Below, piece after piece: positions 55,870-64,000 of a stretch of DNA of 64,000 nucleotides. Source of the stretch: a virus; the IMG/VR virus record IMGVR_UViG_3300035670_000111, positions 1 to 64,000 of that record; one strand, given 5' to 3'. The number at the start of each line of letters is the position of its first letter. Position 1 is the stretch's first letter. The translations under genes and the position numbers were made by a program. The notes below the pieces were generated by a model that worked only from the letters and a program-made list of their open reading frames with translations, did not search any database and was not told where the DNA came from.

Positions 55870-56820
55870 TTATAGAATTCCTCCATAGTACAGGGTTATA
55901 CCCATCAATACGACAGGCACTACAAGCGCAAGGATAGCCTTATAGTAATCTTTAAGCGGAGTCCTAAAATAACTCTTTCCTACAACTAGGCACTTGTGGG
56001 CTGGGGATAGCATGTACCCAGCGTAGTCAACGGCAAAGAACAATGGCAAGGTTTCAACGCCAAATACTCCTACAGATAGGACCACAAATCCAGCAAACTT
56101 GCTACTGCTTCCTAGGGCAAAGCTGGCTAGAAAACCAGTAAATGCTACAAGAATAAGTAGGTTGTTTTTATGGGCGGCCTCAATCCATCCGTTAATCGTG
56201 TCGATATTAGCCTTAACAATGTTGCTAAGCACGATAACAATGGCGGTGAATACTAAGACTCGTGCGTAGTCAATGAGTTGCTTACGATCACGCTTGGAAT
56301 CTGCCTCTAACTGCCAAGACTCCTTATCCTTCTTCTTTAGCGGTTTCCCTGGAATAACGATTTCAATATCATTTTCTTTTAGTACCTTAAAGATATAGAA
56401 CAAAATAACAACTGCTGCGGTAGCAAGTAAGGGCGAAATTTTACTCATTAACTCCCAGTAACTAATGCTTAGAGCTGCCATAGGCAATAAAACAGTAGCC
56501 TCTAATGGGGACCAGAAGTAAAAATGATGCGTAGATAGGTAGTCAATAATTCCGTAATTCTTACGCTTTTTGTGATCTTCTGGAGCAATGGTATCTAGAG
56601 CACCAGCCGAAATAGCGACGCGACCTGAAATCGGTAGTACACCAGAAAATAGGGAGATCAGCGCTACGACTGCTCTCTTTGACTTAACACGTGTAGCAAT
56701 CCATGCGTAAAACGGCATGAATACTTGTGTCTTTTTTGCAGCAAAGGAAAGTCCCATTACTGCGGCCAGTAGAATGAGGAATTGCTGATTATCCAGCAAC
56801 AACGATGATGTAAATTCCAT
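55870..56820 (-). CDS. DUF401-like multi-TM transporter (IT superfamily)
   Basis: About 9 TM segments; G.LP..G...S, H.Y.W.PL, GY.LSP.H.C....YF. Confidence 0.65.
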   Translation of the reverse strand: MEFTSSLLLDNQQFLILLAAVMGLSFAAKKTQVFMPFYAWIATRVKSKRAVVALISLFSGVLPISGRVAISAGALDTIAPEDHKKRKNYGIIDYLSTHHFYFWSPLEATVLLPMAALSISYWELMSKISPLLATAAVVILFYIFKVLKENDIEIVIPGKPLKKKDKESWQLEADSKRDRKQLIDYARVLVFTAIVIVLSNIVKANIDTINGWIEAAHKNNLLILVAFTGFLASFALGSSSKFAGFVVLSVGVFGVETLPLFFAVDYAGYMLSPAHKCLVVGKSYFRTPLKDYYKAILALVVPVVLMGITLYYGGIL

Positions 56821-58432
56821 TCCACCACATCCTTTCGTTTTCGATGCTGTTTAGCATCTTTTTGGAGTATACGGGTGTAAGACCCGCGGCTTTCACCGCA
56901 TCGTCAGCTGCACGCACCGTATCTGTCCAATTCGCGTCATCGAACACAAGGATGGCTTGCTTAGCGAAGCAGTCCCTATAACGGGTCACGGCCTTATAAA
57001 TATGCTCGTACTCGTGAGGTCCGTCATAGAAAAATAAATCCACATCTTTGATGGTGGACACATCAACTTCGTGCATATCCTCATTAATGATGTGCACTTT
57101 GTTATCGCCCACATATGGGGCTATATTTTTTTCAAACTCATCTTGGTTATTAGGCGGGAGCTCTCCGTGCTCTTCTCTAACCGGCTGTAGGTCTTCTTCC
57201 CACATGTCGATAAAGTAGGCGTCCAGATTATTTCCCGCTAAAGCGGCCGCTCCTGTAGCGCCCAGATAAGCGCCTATTTCTAGGTAAACCTTTGATTGAG
57301 AGGCCAACCCATTGAGCAGTTGTTGAATACGTTTGCTGGTAAGTCCAGGGATATTAATATCCAACTTTCGGTTTACCGAATCAACCAGTTCTCTAGTTAC
57401 AACCAAGGTGCGAGGCTGTCGCTTGTCTCCATACTTAGCCGCAACAATTTTGTCGCAGTACCCGCAGTCCCAGCAGTCAAACTTGCAAGTCTTAATCTTT
57501 TCACGCCAGATATTAATTGGTCTGTCTACCAAGTTTCCTTCTTCTACGAAGTCCTTGAAATGGTCAAACAGAATTTCTTTACCAGCAATATAATTGCGGA
57601 TAATCTGCATAGTCTCTCTGAGCCTAGAGCGAGATTCACGACCGTGCATCTTTATGACATCAATACCAAGTTCGTTTAAGAAGTAATCCCAGTCCTCTTT
57701 CCATGGTGGAAAGTTGGCTGTTTTTAACGGAACTGCTTGATCCTCATAGTCCCACTTCATACAAGAAACACGGCTAATAGAGTCCGCAAAATATTGTGAA
57801 GATTCGGACCTAGTGTTGTTAAAGTGGTAATGCTCGTCCATCATAGGGCAACCACCCAGGCATCCTTCGTTAGCCAACAGGGATAGTTTTACCCCGTATT
57901 GTTCTTTTGCCTTTTTAAATCTTTTTAGTTTTTCATGATCTCGCATCAAATCTCGGTCTAGATTTATGTAGTTAAACCCAGCCTTTGCCAAATGAGATAT
58001 TTCCCGTGGTTCAGATACATTTCTAAGAATAGTGTTCTTAATAAAGATTCCGGGAAACTCCGCCTGGATTTGACCACTAGCAACCCAGTGAGTGTGTGGG
58101 ATTGTGATTGATCGAATACCAGCCTCGTATAAAGGCCTAAAGTTTTCAATAAATAGGTCTAAGTTCTCTTGGGTAGGTGGTACATATATGTTGTTAAACA
58201 CGGCAGAAGCTGTGATGCCGGTAAAGGTTTGAATATTTATAGCAAGTTCGTTTAGATACTTGTGGTCTTCTTCGGGGTTGGAAAAGACATCACCCATCGC
58301 ATCTTGCATAAAAGGCGGTATACGGCAGGTAAAGTAAAAGTCATAGATATAGCTTTTGCACTCATCTAAAAATTCTATGAACTCTTCAAGTTCCTCTTGA
58401 TTCAGCTTGGGATTTAAGGGTACTGTGAACAT
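56789..58432 (-). CDS. Peptidase-U32-family (Fe-S) protein fused to a class I SAM methyltransferase
   Basis: LDRD..R, L.NEGC...C, K.HGR, C.FDC..C.YC; C-terminal YLEIG...G, D.W, FYDG.H, FDD. Confidence 0.75.
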   Translation of the reverse strand: MFTVPLNPKLNQEELEEFIEFLDECKSYIYDFYFTCRIPPFMQDAMGDVFSNPEEDHKYLNELAINIQTFTGITASAVFNNIYVPPTQENLDLFIENFRPLYEAGIRSITIPHTHWVASGQIQAEFPGIFIKNTILRNVSEPREISHLAKAGFNYINLDRDLMRDHEKLKRFKKAKEQYGVKLSLLANEGCLGGCPMMDEHYHFNNTRSESSQYFADSISRVSCMKWDYEDQAVPLKTANFPPWKEDWDYFLNELGIDVIKMHGRESRSRLRETMQIIRNYIAGKEILFDHFKDFVEEGNLVDRPINIWREKIKTCKFDCWDCGYCDKIVAAKYGDKRQPRTLVVTRELVDSVNRKLDINIPGLTSKRIQQLLNGLASQSKVYLEIGAYLGATGAAALAGNNLDAYFIDMWEEDLQPVREEHGELPPNNQDEFEKNIAPYVGDNKVHIINEDMHEVDVSTIKDVDLFFYDGPHEYEHIYKAVTRYRDCFAKQAILVFDDANWTDTVRAADDAVKAAGLTPVYSKKMLNSIENERMWWNGIYIIVVAG

Positions 58433-58811
58433 GTGGTTTCATGACTTGCCAAAACGCGTCGGCTTGTCTTTTGTCCTCCTCAGTTAACTCGTATTTGTAC
58501 CGCATAGGGCAATCAACTAGGTCGCCCATCTTATTACGTTTTGGGTGTTCCACAAATCGCGTTTTTTGCTCTGGAGTGAACTGATCCATTACATTTGAGT
58601 GCGCCCAGACGTGAATGTACCCCCTATTAATATCGTAGTATTTGTACCCCATAGCCTCATACTCGCTCATGGGTATATACGGAAGTTCCTCTGGCACGTT
58701 CTCTACTTCAGTAAAGTACCAAAACATAAAGGACCCTTTTATCTTTAGGGCGTCCCATTGATCCGGGCTAAACTTATAGATATCGTCGTGAAATAGTCCG
58801 GCGAAGGTCAT
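58386..58811 (-). CDS. Hypothetical protein
   Basis: Coupled ORF in the fibre accessory cassette. Confidence 0.65.
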   Translation of the reverse strand: MTFAGLFHDDIYKFSPDQWDALKIKGSFMFWYFTEVENVPEELPYIPMSEYEAMGYKYYDINRGYIHVWAHSNVMDQFTPEQKTRFVEHPKRNKMGDLVDCPMRYKYELTEEDKRQADAFWQVMKPHVHSTLKSQAESRGT

Positions 58812-59593
58812 TCTATTTCTTTAGGCTTATCTATTAACTCAATTGTAAATTGTTTGTTAGCCAACTCTTTAATCTTGGCTGACTGAATTTGACCTAAAGC
58901 ATTATCTACACGTGTCGCCCAATCCACAGCAACAGTCAAAGCTGCTACAGCAGAATCAGTGTCCATCTGAGAGATGGCGTCCATGTTTCCCGTGCCAATT
59001 TTTCCCATAGCCATTAGGTCCAAGGCAGCCTGTTTTCCTAGGCGCTGAACCCAATGGTCTGCCTCAAGCTTGGCTGACAGCTCTTCATTTTGCACAGCAT
59101 CTTTTAAATCAGTTCCGTCTGGAAGGTACGCCTCACCTGTCTGGTACATCTCTTCTAACGCAATTATGTAATTTTTACGTTCTACATAACATTGGTTTAG
59201 CCTGCGGTGCATTTTTATGAGGTCGTTTTTATTAGTAATTAATTCAAACTCTTTTAATTTAACTTTTGCCGGAGATGTGGTTTCTGACATCTCTTCATGA
59301 ACCACTTCTATCTGAGCCTCTTGTTTTGCAATGTTCATTAGAAGGTTTTCAATAACCTCTTCACGAGATCTAATTTCTAAAAGAAACTGTTTGTATTTTT
59401 GATAAGGTGTAATTTGGGCGTCACCCACAAAGTGCTTAATCTTAAAGTAAGGGGTGCTATGGTCTATGTCTAAAGAGAACTTTAGTAGTTCTACTTGCTT
59501 ATCATTAAGGTCCCCGGTGTCGGTAACCAACTTTTGACGAGCTGCTTCTAGGCGCTCTTCAAGGCTTGTAATATTATCCATGTTGTTCTCCAT
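58808..59593 (-). CDS. Coiled-coil hypothetical protein
   Basis: TPY...Q...E..R, W..RL.KQA..D....G.I..GN; start at 59593 or 59581 after TACACT. Confidence 0.7.
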   Translation of the reverse strand: MENNMDNITSLEERLEAARQKLVTDTGDLNDKQVELLKFSLDIDHSTPYFKIKHFVGDAQITPYQKYKQFLLEIRSREEVIENLLMNIAKQEAQIEVVHEEMSETTSPAKVKLKEFELITNKNDLIKMHRRLNQCYVERKNYIIALEEMYQTGEAYLPDGTDLKDAVQNEELSAKLEADHWVQRLGKQAALDLMAMGKIGTGNMDAISQMDTDSAVAALTVAVDWATRVDNALGQIQSAKIKELANKQFTIELIDKPKEIE

Positions 59594-59615
59594 GTTGTTA
59601 GTGTACCAGGTGCTG

Positions 59616-60638
59616 TTAATCTCTCCAGAACCCGTGTCCTGAGGACCTTCCGTTAATGGCGGCTCCATTTGTATGAGTACCAGTAAGAGAAGTTGATGTT
59701 ACGCGGAAGCCAGAATCCGTAGCAAAATCAAACTTTCCAATATCATTGGTTTGACCTGTCGTGGATGCGTTACCACCTGTGGTATCTGAGTAGTGACCCA
59801 GCATAATGCCGTGAGTCTGGCTCATAGAGAAGTTTTCTTCACCGCAGAACCACACGCTCTTTTGTGGGGTTGCTACTGTGCTCTCTGTAGTGTAATTCCA
59901 CTTTCGGAAATAACGACCAGACCCATAAGTCCCCTCGTTACCTCCATAACCAAATCCGGTTTTAGCCGGAGAACCCTTTTGCTGTCCGTGGAACCCTGGA
60001 GAAGATCCAGGAGTAGACTCTGCTTCCGTTGCAAAAACAAACTTTCTACGATATGTAGAGTCGCCATCTGCGTTGTCTCCCCAAAAATAACCCCAGTTCT
60101 CGCTCATGTGAGCCCCTGCGCCGGTACCGGCCTGTCCAAAACCAGTTCCTGCCGTCGAGGTGTGGACTTCGGTTGTTAAATTAAACTTTTGATATACGGC
60201 TGTACCTTGGTTTCCTGTTTGCCATGAGAATGTGTAGTTTCCTGTAGTGTCTTGGGCAAGAATAGTGGCTGAATCTCCAACAGTTTGAGCGGTGTTCATG
60301 GCCGCTTGTTTTGTATACGTTGTATCGTTTCTCATACTAAATACTGAAGTAGAGGTAAATGCGCCAACACCACCAGTGCCCCAAACAAAACCTATATTTC
60401 GGTTATGAGCACCGGACGTATAGTTAGCTGTTTCTGTAAGGATGTTTCCTAGGTTACTTGCAACGTCTGTAGAAAATGCGTACTTGTTTACATTCTGCCA
60501 TGGAACGCTGTCTTTGTATCCAGCGGCTACATAACCAGTTGTTAAAACTTGACGCGTTAGAAAAGGAAGAATTCCACCTCGCTTATAGCGAGCGCTGAAG
60601 ACACCATTAACAGATCTTTGGGATGCAAAAATAGGCAT
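59616..60638 (-). CDS. G/S/T-rich repeat (beta-propeller-like) virion protein, paralog B
   Basis: About 6 repeats GY..G...K(F/Y).F.T(E/D). Confidence 0.7.
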   Translation of the reverse strand: MPIFASQRSVNGVFSARYKRGGILPFLTRQVLTTGYVAAGYKDSVPWQNVNKYAFSTDVASNLGNILTETANYTSGAHNRNIGFVWGTGGVGAFTSTSVFSMRNDTTYTKQAAMNTAQTVGDSATILAQDTTGNYTFSWQTGNQGTAVYQKFNLTTEVHTSTAGTGFGQAGTGAGAHMSENWGYFWGDNADGDSTYRRKFVFATEAESTPGSSPGFHGQQKGSPAKTGFGYGGNEGTYGSGRYFRKWNYTTESTVATPQKSVWFCGEENFSMSQTHGIMLGHYSDTTGGNASTTGQTNDIGKFDFATDSGFRVTSTSLTGTHTNGAAINGRSSGHGFWRD

Positions 60639-61678
60639 TAGTCACTCCACATTCCTGCGCCAGATGAGCGCCCTTCAATAGCCGCTCCAGCCGAAGATCC
60701 TGTTCCGCTTTGTGTTCCAGTAGGCCATTGTCCTGAAGGCCATAGCGCTCTAGCACCAGTAGCAAACTCATAGTAACCGGATTCGTTTACTTGAGCTCCA
60801 TTGTAGTGACCAAGCACATACCCACGGGTCTGCGACTGAGAATGGTTCTCTTCTCCAGAATTAAGGATTGCTTTTGTATTAGCGCCAAGAGTTGTAATGG
60901 TGCTAGTTGCGTAAGTGTACTGTCGGTATGAGTAGCCCGCATTATAGCCGCCCTCGTTACCGCTCCAACCTTTTCCATCTTTAGAGACAAGACCTTTTTG
61001 TTGAGATGCTGGAGATGCTCCGGAAAAAGATTGTCCGGGGTTTGTCTCCGCTTCTGTAGCATAAGTAAAAGAGCGTTGACCGTCTGCAGCTGTGGTTGCA
61101 GTACTATCTGCCCAATAAATAGCGCGAGTCTCATCAAAGTGAGCTCCGGCTCCAGTACTCGCATTGTTCATGCCAGTTCCTGGTCCTGTAGTCCAAACAT
61201 CATTGGACATATTAAATTTGTAATAGTTAGCGCTAGAGTTTCCGCCCATTACATAAGCTATCCAGCCAGTTCCAAGTGTGTCGTAATAAATAGGCGACTC
61301 AGCGTCAGCCATAGTTCCTGGGGCTGTTCCAGGTTGAGTTTGGGTAGTAAAGTTTTTTAAATGAAACTTAGAAGTCTTGTTGTAAGAGCCCATACCTTCA
61401 TTACCAGTACCGTTAGTACCAAAGACATAACCCATGGTACGACTCATAGCGCCACACACGTAACCGCCAGCTTCATTTAAAATGTCACCGCGGTTAGTTG
61501 GGGTCTCAGTTGACCATGCGTATGAGTTAACGTTGCGCCAAGCAACGCTGTTTTTATACCCAGCAGCTACATAGCCTGTAGTGATGACTTGCCTAATCTT
61601 AAAAGGCAGAATACCGCCGCGTTTGTATCTAGCGCTAAATACGCCGTTAACGGAACGCTGCGAGGCAAATATTGGCAC
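60638..61678 (-). CDS. G/S/T-rich repeat (beta-propeller-like) virion protein, paralog A
   Basis: Same repeats; first 26 aa identical to paralog B; GGAGG RBS. Confidence 0.7.
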   Translation of the reverse strand: MPIFASQRSVNGVFSARYKRGGILPFKIRQVITTGYVAAGYKNSVAWRNVNSYAWSTETPTNRGDILNEAGGYVCGAMSRTMGYVFGTNGTGNEGMGSYNKTSKFHLKNFTTQTQPGTAPGTMADAESPIYYDTLGTGWIAYVMGGNSSANYYKFNMSNDVWTTGPGTGMNNASTGAGAHFDETRAIYWADSTATTAADGQRSFTYATEAETNPGQSFSGASPASQQKGLVSKDGKGWSGNEGGYNAGYSYRQYTYATSTITTLGANTKAILNSGEENHSQSQTRGYVLGHYNGAQVNESGYYEFATGARALWPSGQWPTGTQSGTGSSAGAAIEGRSSGAGMWSD

Positions 61679-61691
61679 TCTAGCCTCCTAA

Positions 61692-64000
61692 TTAACCGAA
61701 GTTTACGCTTGCGTTACCTAACGCTGTCCAAGCACCGCCACGTCGTACTAGGGTGAAATTGTACACGTCAATGCGTCCTGAGGTAGATGTTGGAGTTGGC
61801 GCTTGTGCTCCGTACCATCTAATTGTTACTGGTGAACCGGCAACTTGTAGGGTAGCAGGGTAATAACCAGTTCCGCCTTGGGTAACAAAACCGGTAACGG
61901 TAAATGTTCTGCCATCTGTTGTAGGAGCGTTAGTGATGTTCCAGGTCATATTTCCAGAAGGAGTAGATGTAATCCAGAACACTGATCCGGATTGGTAGTT
62001 TAGAGTCGCAACGTTTGAGGCAAGCGCTACGTCTACTACATCTTCTACCAGCTCCTGCATACGGAATCCGCCAGTTATTGTTACCTCACCGCTAAATGAA
62101 GCGTTTCCAGATACATCCAGAGTTCCGGTAACTGTAGTGTTTCCTACACGTACTGGAGCAAAACTTACTCCAGCCTCTGCAAAGTTAACAGTTGAGACAG
62201 GTCGCTCTACTAAACCTCTAAATAATTTAAACGTTCCACCATCGTTTGCATCTCGAGCCACACCAGAGTATTCTCTGCGTGAAGACACAGAAGCAGAACC
62301 GGCTGGAGAAACAGCGGCTGATGTTACGTTCGCATTTGTTTTGTCATAAGTAAACGTTGTAGCGGTTGGTACGTCTTGGATGATGTAAGTTCCATTGAAT
62401 GTAGCATCTACTCCAGATACAACTACCTGGTCTCCAGCACGATACGTGTGAGCAGCCGCAGTTGTTAATGTTGCTACGTTTGAGGTCAATGCTTTGTTTG
62501 TCACTGAGGCTAAGATTGGCGATACGGTTACTCCGTAACGAAGCACAAGTCCTAGATCTAAAGCATCTGCAGCGTTACCGACACCCGCAAAGATTAGCGG
62601 GTCAGAAACTGCCAAGTTGTCTGTGGTAACTGTGGTTCCACCACCACCGAAGGTAATAGCACCGGTGATATTTACGTTACCAAGGATGTTCATATCACCC
62701 TGGATACCAACTCCACCTACAACGGTAAGAGCACCTGTAGTTGGGCTGGTTGACGGTGTTGGGATTTCAATGTGGACTGAGACATCTGGGGTAATAACCA
62801 TCTGTGTGTTGTCAGAGGCAAGACCACCGGCTGCAAAAACAATAGCGTTTTCTTGTCCAGTATCGCTTGTTGCAAGGACTAGGTTTCCGTTACCTGGGGT
62901 TCCGTATGGAGCGGCCATAAAGATATAGCCATCGTTTACTCCAGTAATAGTGAACTCAGGGTCACCAAATGTTGAGGATGTAATGCCCATATCAATGTAG
63001 CCAGAGAAGTCATTTCCATTATCTGGGTACGCGATAAAGTCAGTTGATACGTTAGTTCCAGAAGAGGTGTTGTGGATGATTAACTGTGAGAAGTCCGAGT
63101 CTGCATCAGTAGTAAATACGGCGATTGGGTTTGTCCAACCTGTTACCGCACTTGCAGTTAATCCTGATCCTATAACTGAGGTTAGGGCTACATCTGCGCC
63201 AGCGCTATCGTAAGTGAAGGTGGTAGGTGTAGGGACGTCGATAATTTCTACTTCTCCGTCAAAATCCACATCGCCAATAGCAACAGTAACGAACTGGAAT
63301 GGAGAAAACCCGTGAGCAACGGATGTAGTAATAGTTGCTACGTTGCTGGCCTTCTCTTTAGCACTTACGGTTTTTACGTTTTCACCAATAGAGTCTGTTA
63401 AAGTTCTAGCGTCTGGTCCAACGTAAATAAGCTCTGAATCGGCTTCAATCGCACCAGCCGTGTAAACATCTCCTGTGGCTGAGTCGACTGTAAACTTATT
63501 GGTGTCTACCTCAATGCCGCCATTGGCCGCTAAAGTGCCGGTTAAAGTTGTAAGACCTGTTACGTCTAAGTTGCCTTCGGTAGAGATATTTCCAGTAACT
63601 GAGGCTGATCCAGCAGGAGAAACTACCCCACCCGCATCAGTTGCTGTAGAGGTTGAATAACTAAACGTTGTGTCTGTGACCGCGGTAAGTAATGCTCCAC
63701 CAGCGTTATACCCTGCGCCAACTCCGGTTACGATTACTCGGTCTCCAACGTCAAAGTAATGTTTTCCGTCAGTAGTTAGAGTTACTACGTTACTAGCAAT
63801 AACCTTTTGAATAACATCAACTGATCGTGATGTGGTGGCAACATTTCCTTTTACGTTTGCGTCTCCGTCAACAGTTATGTCGGAAAGAGTTGATAGAGTT
63901 GTTACTGTTGGGGTACCTGACCAAGATGTAGCTGATCCATCAGTTACTAAAACTGTGTTCTCATTTCCTACTTGATTAGGGAATGCGCCATCTACAAATA
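61692..64000 (-). CDS. Long tail fibre protein (5' partial)
   Basis: Frame translated by hand is open from 63269 to the window end; three FCCH-like modules and GAL.V.GGVGI repeats. Confidence 0.85.
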   Translation of the reverse strand, partial: FVDGAFPNQVGNENTVLVTDGSATSWSGTPTVTTLSTLSDITVDGDANVKGNVATTSRSVDVIQKVIASNVVTLTTDGKHYFDVGDRVIVTGVGAGYNAGGALLTAVTDTTFSYSTSTATDAGGVVSPAGSASVTGNISTEGNLDVTGLTTLTGTLAANGGIEVDTNKFTVDSATGDVYTAGAIEADSELIYVGPDARTLTDSIGENVKTVSAKEKASNVATITTSVAHGFSPFQFVTVAIGDVDFDGEVEIIDVPTPTTFTYDSAGADVALTSVIGSGLTASAVTGWTNPIAVFTTDADSDFSQLIIHNTSSGTNVSTDFIAYPDNGNDFSGYIDMGITSSTFGDPEFTITGVNDGYIFMAAPYGTPGNGNLVLATSDTGQENAIVFAAGGLASDNTQMVITPDVSVHIEIPTPSTSPTTGALTVVGGVGIQGDMNILGNVNITGAITFGGGGTTVTTDNLAVSDPLIFAGVGNAADALDLGLVLRYGVTVSPILASVTNKALTSNVATLTTAAAHTYRAGDQVVVSGVDATFNGTYIIQDVPTATTFTYDKTNANVTSAAVSPAGSASVSSRREYSGVARDANDGGTFKLFRGLVERPVSTVNFAEAGVSFAPVRVGNTTVTGTLDVSGNASFSGEVTITGGFRMQELVEDVVDVALASNVATLNYQSGSVFWITSTPSGNMTWNITNAPTTDGRTFTVTGFVTQGGTGYYPATLQVAGSPVTIRWYGAQAPTPTSTSGRIDVYNFTLVRRGGAWTALGNASVNFG

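Noticed and set aside
59594-59668. N-terminal extension of track ORF 58808-59668
   Set aside because: Overlaps the upstream gene; a -10 element and RBS point to starts at 59593 or 59581
1-64000. Stop-codon reassignment and apparent CTAG abundance
   Set aside because: TAA, TAG and TGA all end genes with tight packing under code 11; CTAG looks frequent by eye but needs a tetranucleotide odds-ratio calculation I cannot run

Overview
64 kb of a large lytic tailed phage genome with a contractile tail (myovirus-type), most likely infecting Actinobacteria. Support for that host: two WhiB genes, an actinophage-type RHH protein and membrane proteins, and TANNNT leaderless promoters. The moderate GC would suit a freshwater actinobacterial host (inference). 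Almost all genes lie on the minus strand. Read in transcription order (right to left): tail fibre/adhesin cluster with accessory enzymes (paired propeller-like proteins, U32-methyltransferase fusion, DUF401-like transporter, collagen/cupredoxin fibre, GT2-TPR glycosyltransferase, a 36-Cys fibre); neck, sheath, tube, chaperones, tape measure and baseplate; replication module (initiator, DnaC-like loader, DnaB, primase, SNF2, SSB, PolA, RecA, Cas4-like nuclease, RuvC); spoVS, metallophosphoesterase, holin-like genes and a run of small basic ORFans; then a nucleotidyltransferase/HAD-like/TGT-like trio and class II RNR. Strongest novel signal: the fibre at 48476-50251 has seven outward C-x15-CC modules and seven returning YSCYT modules whose linker lengths mirror each other exactly, implying a nested Cys-knotted stalk-and-knob appendage. 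Other signals: a recurring metal-ligand theme across virion genes, a likely +1 frameshift (UUU_CGA) in the tail chaperone, an anti-SD pseudoknot upstream of polA, and nine small genes missed by the ORF track. All family calls are by motif recognition; no database search was run.
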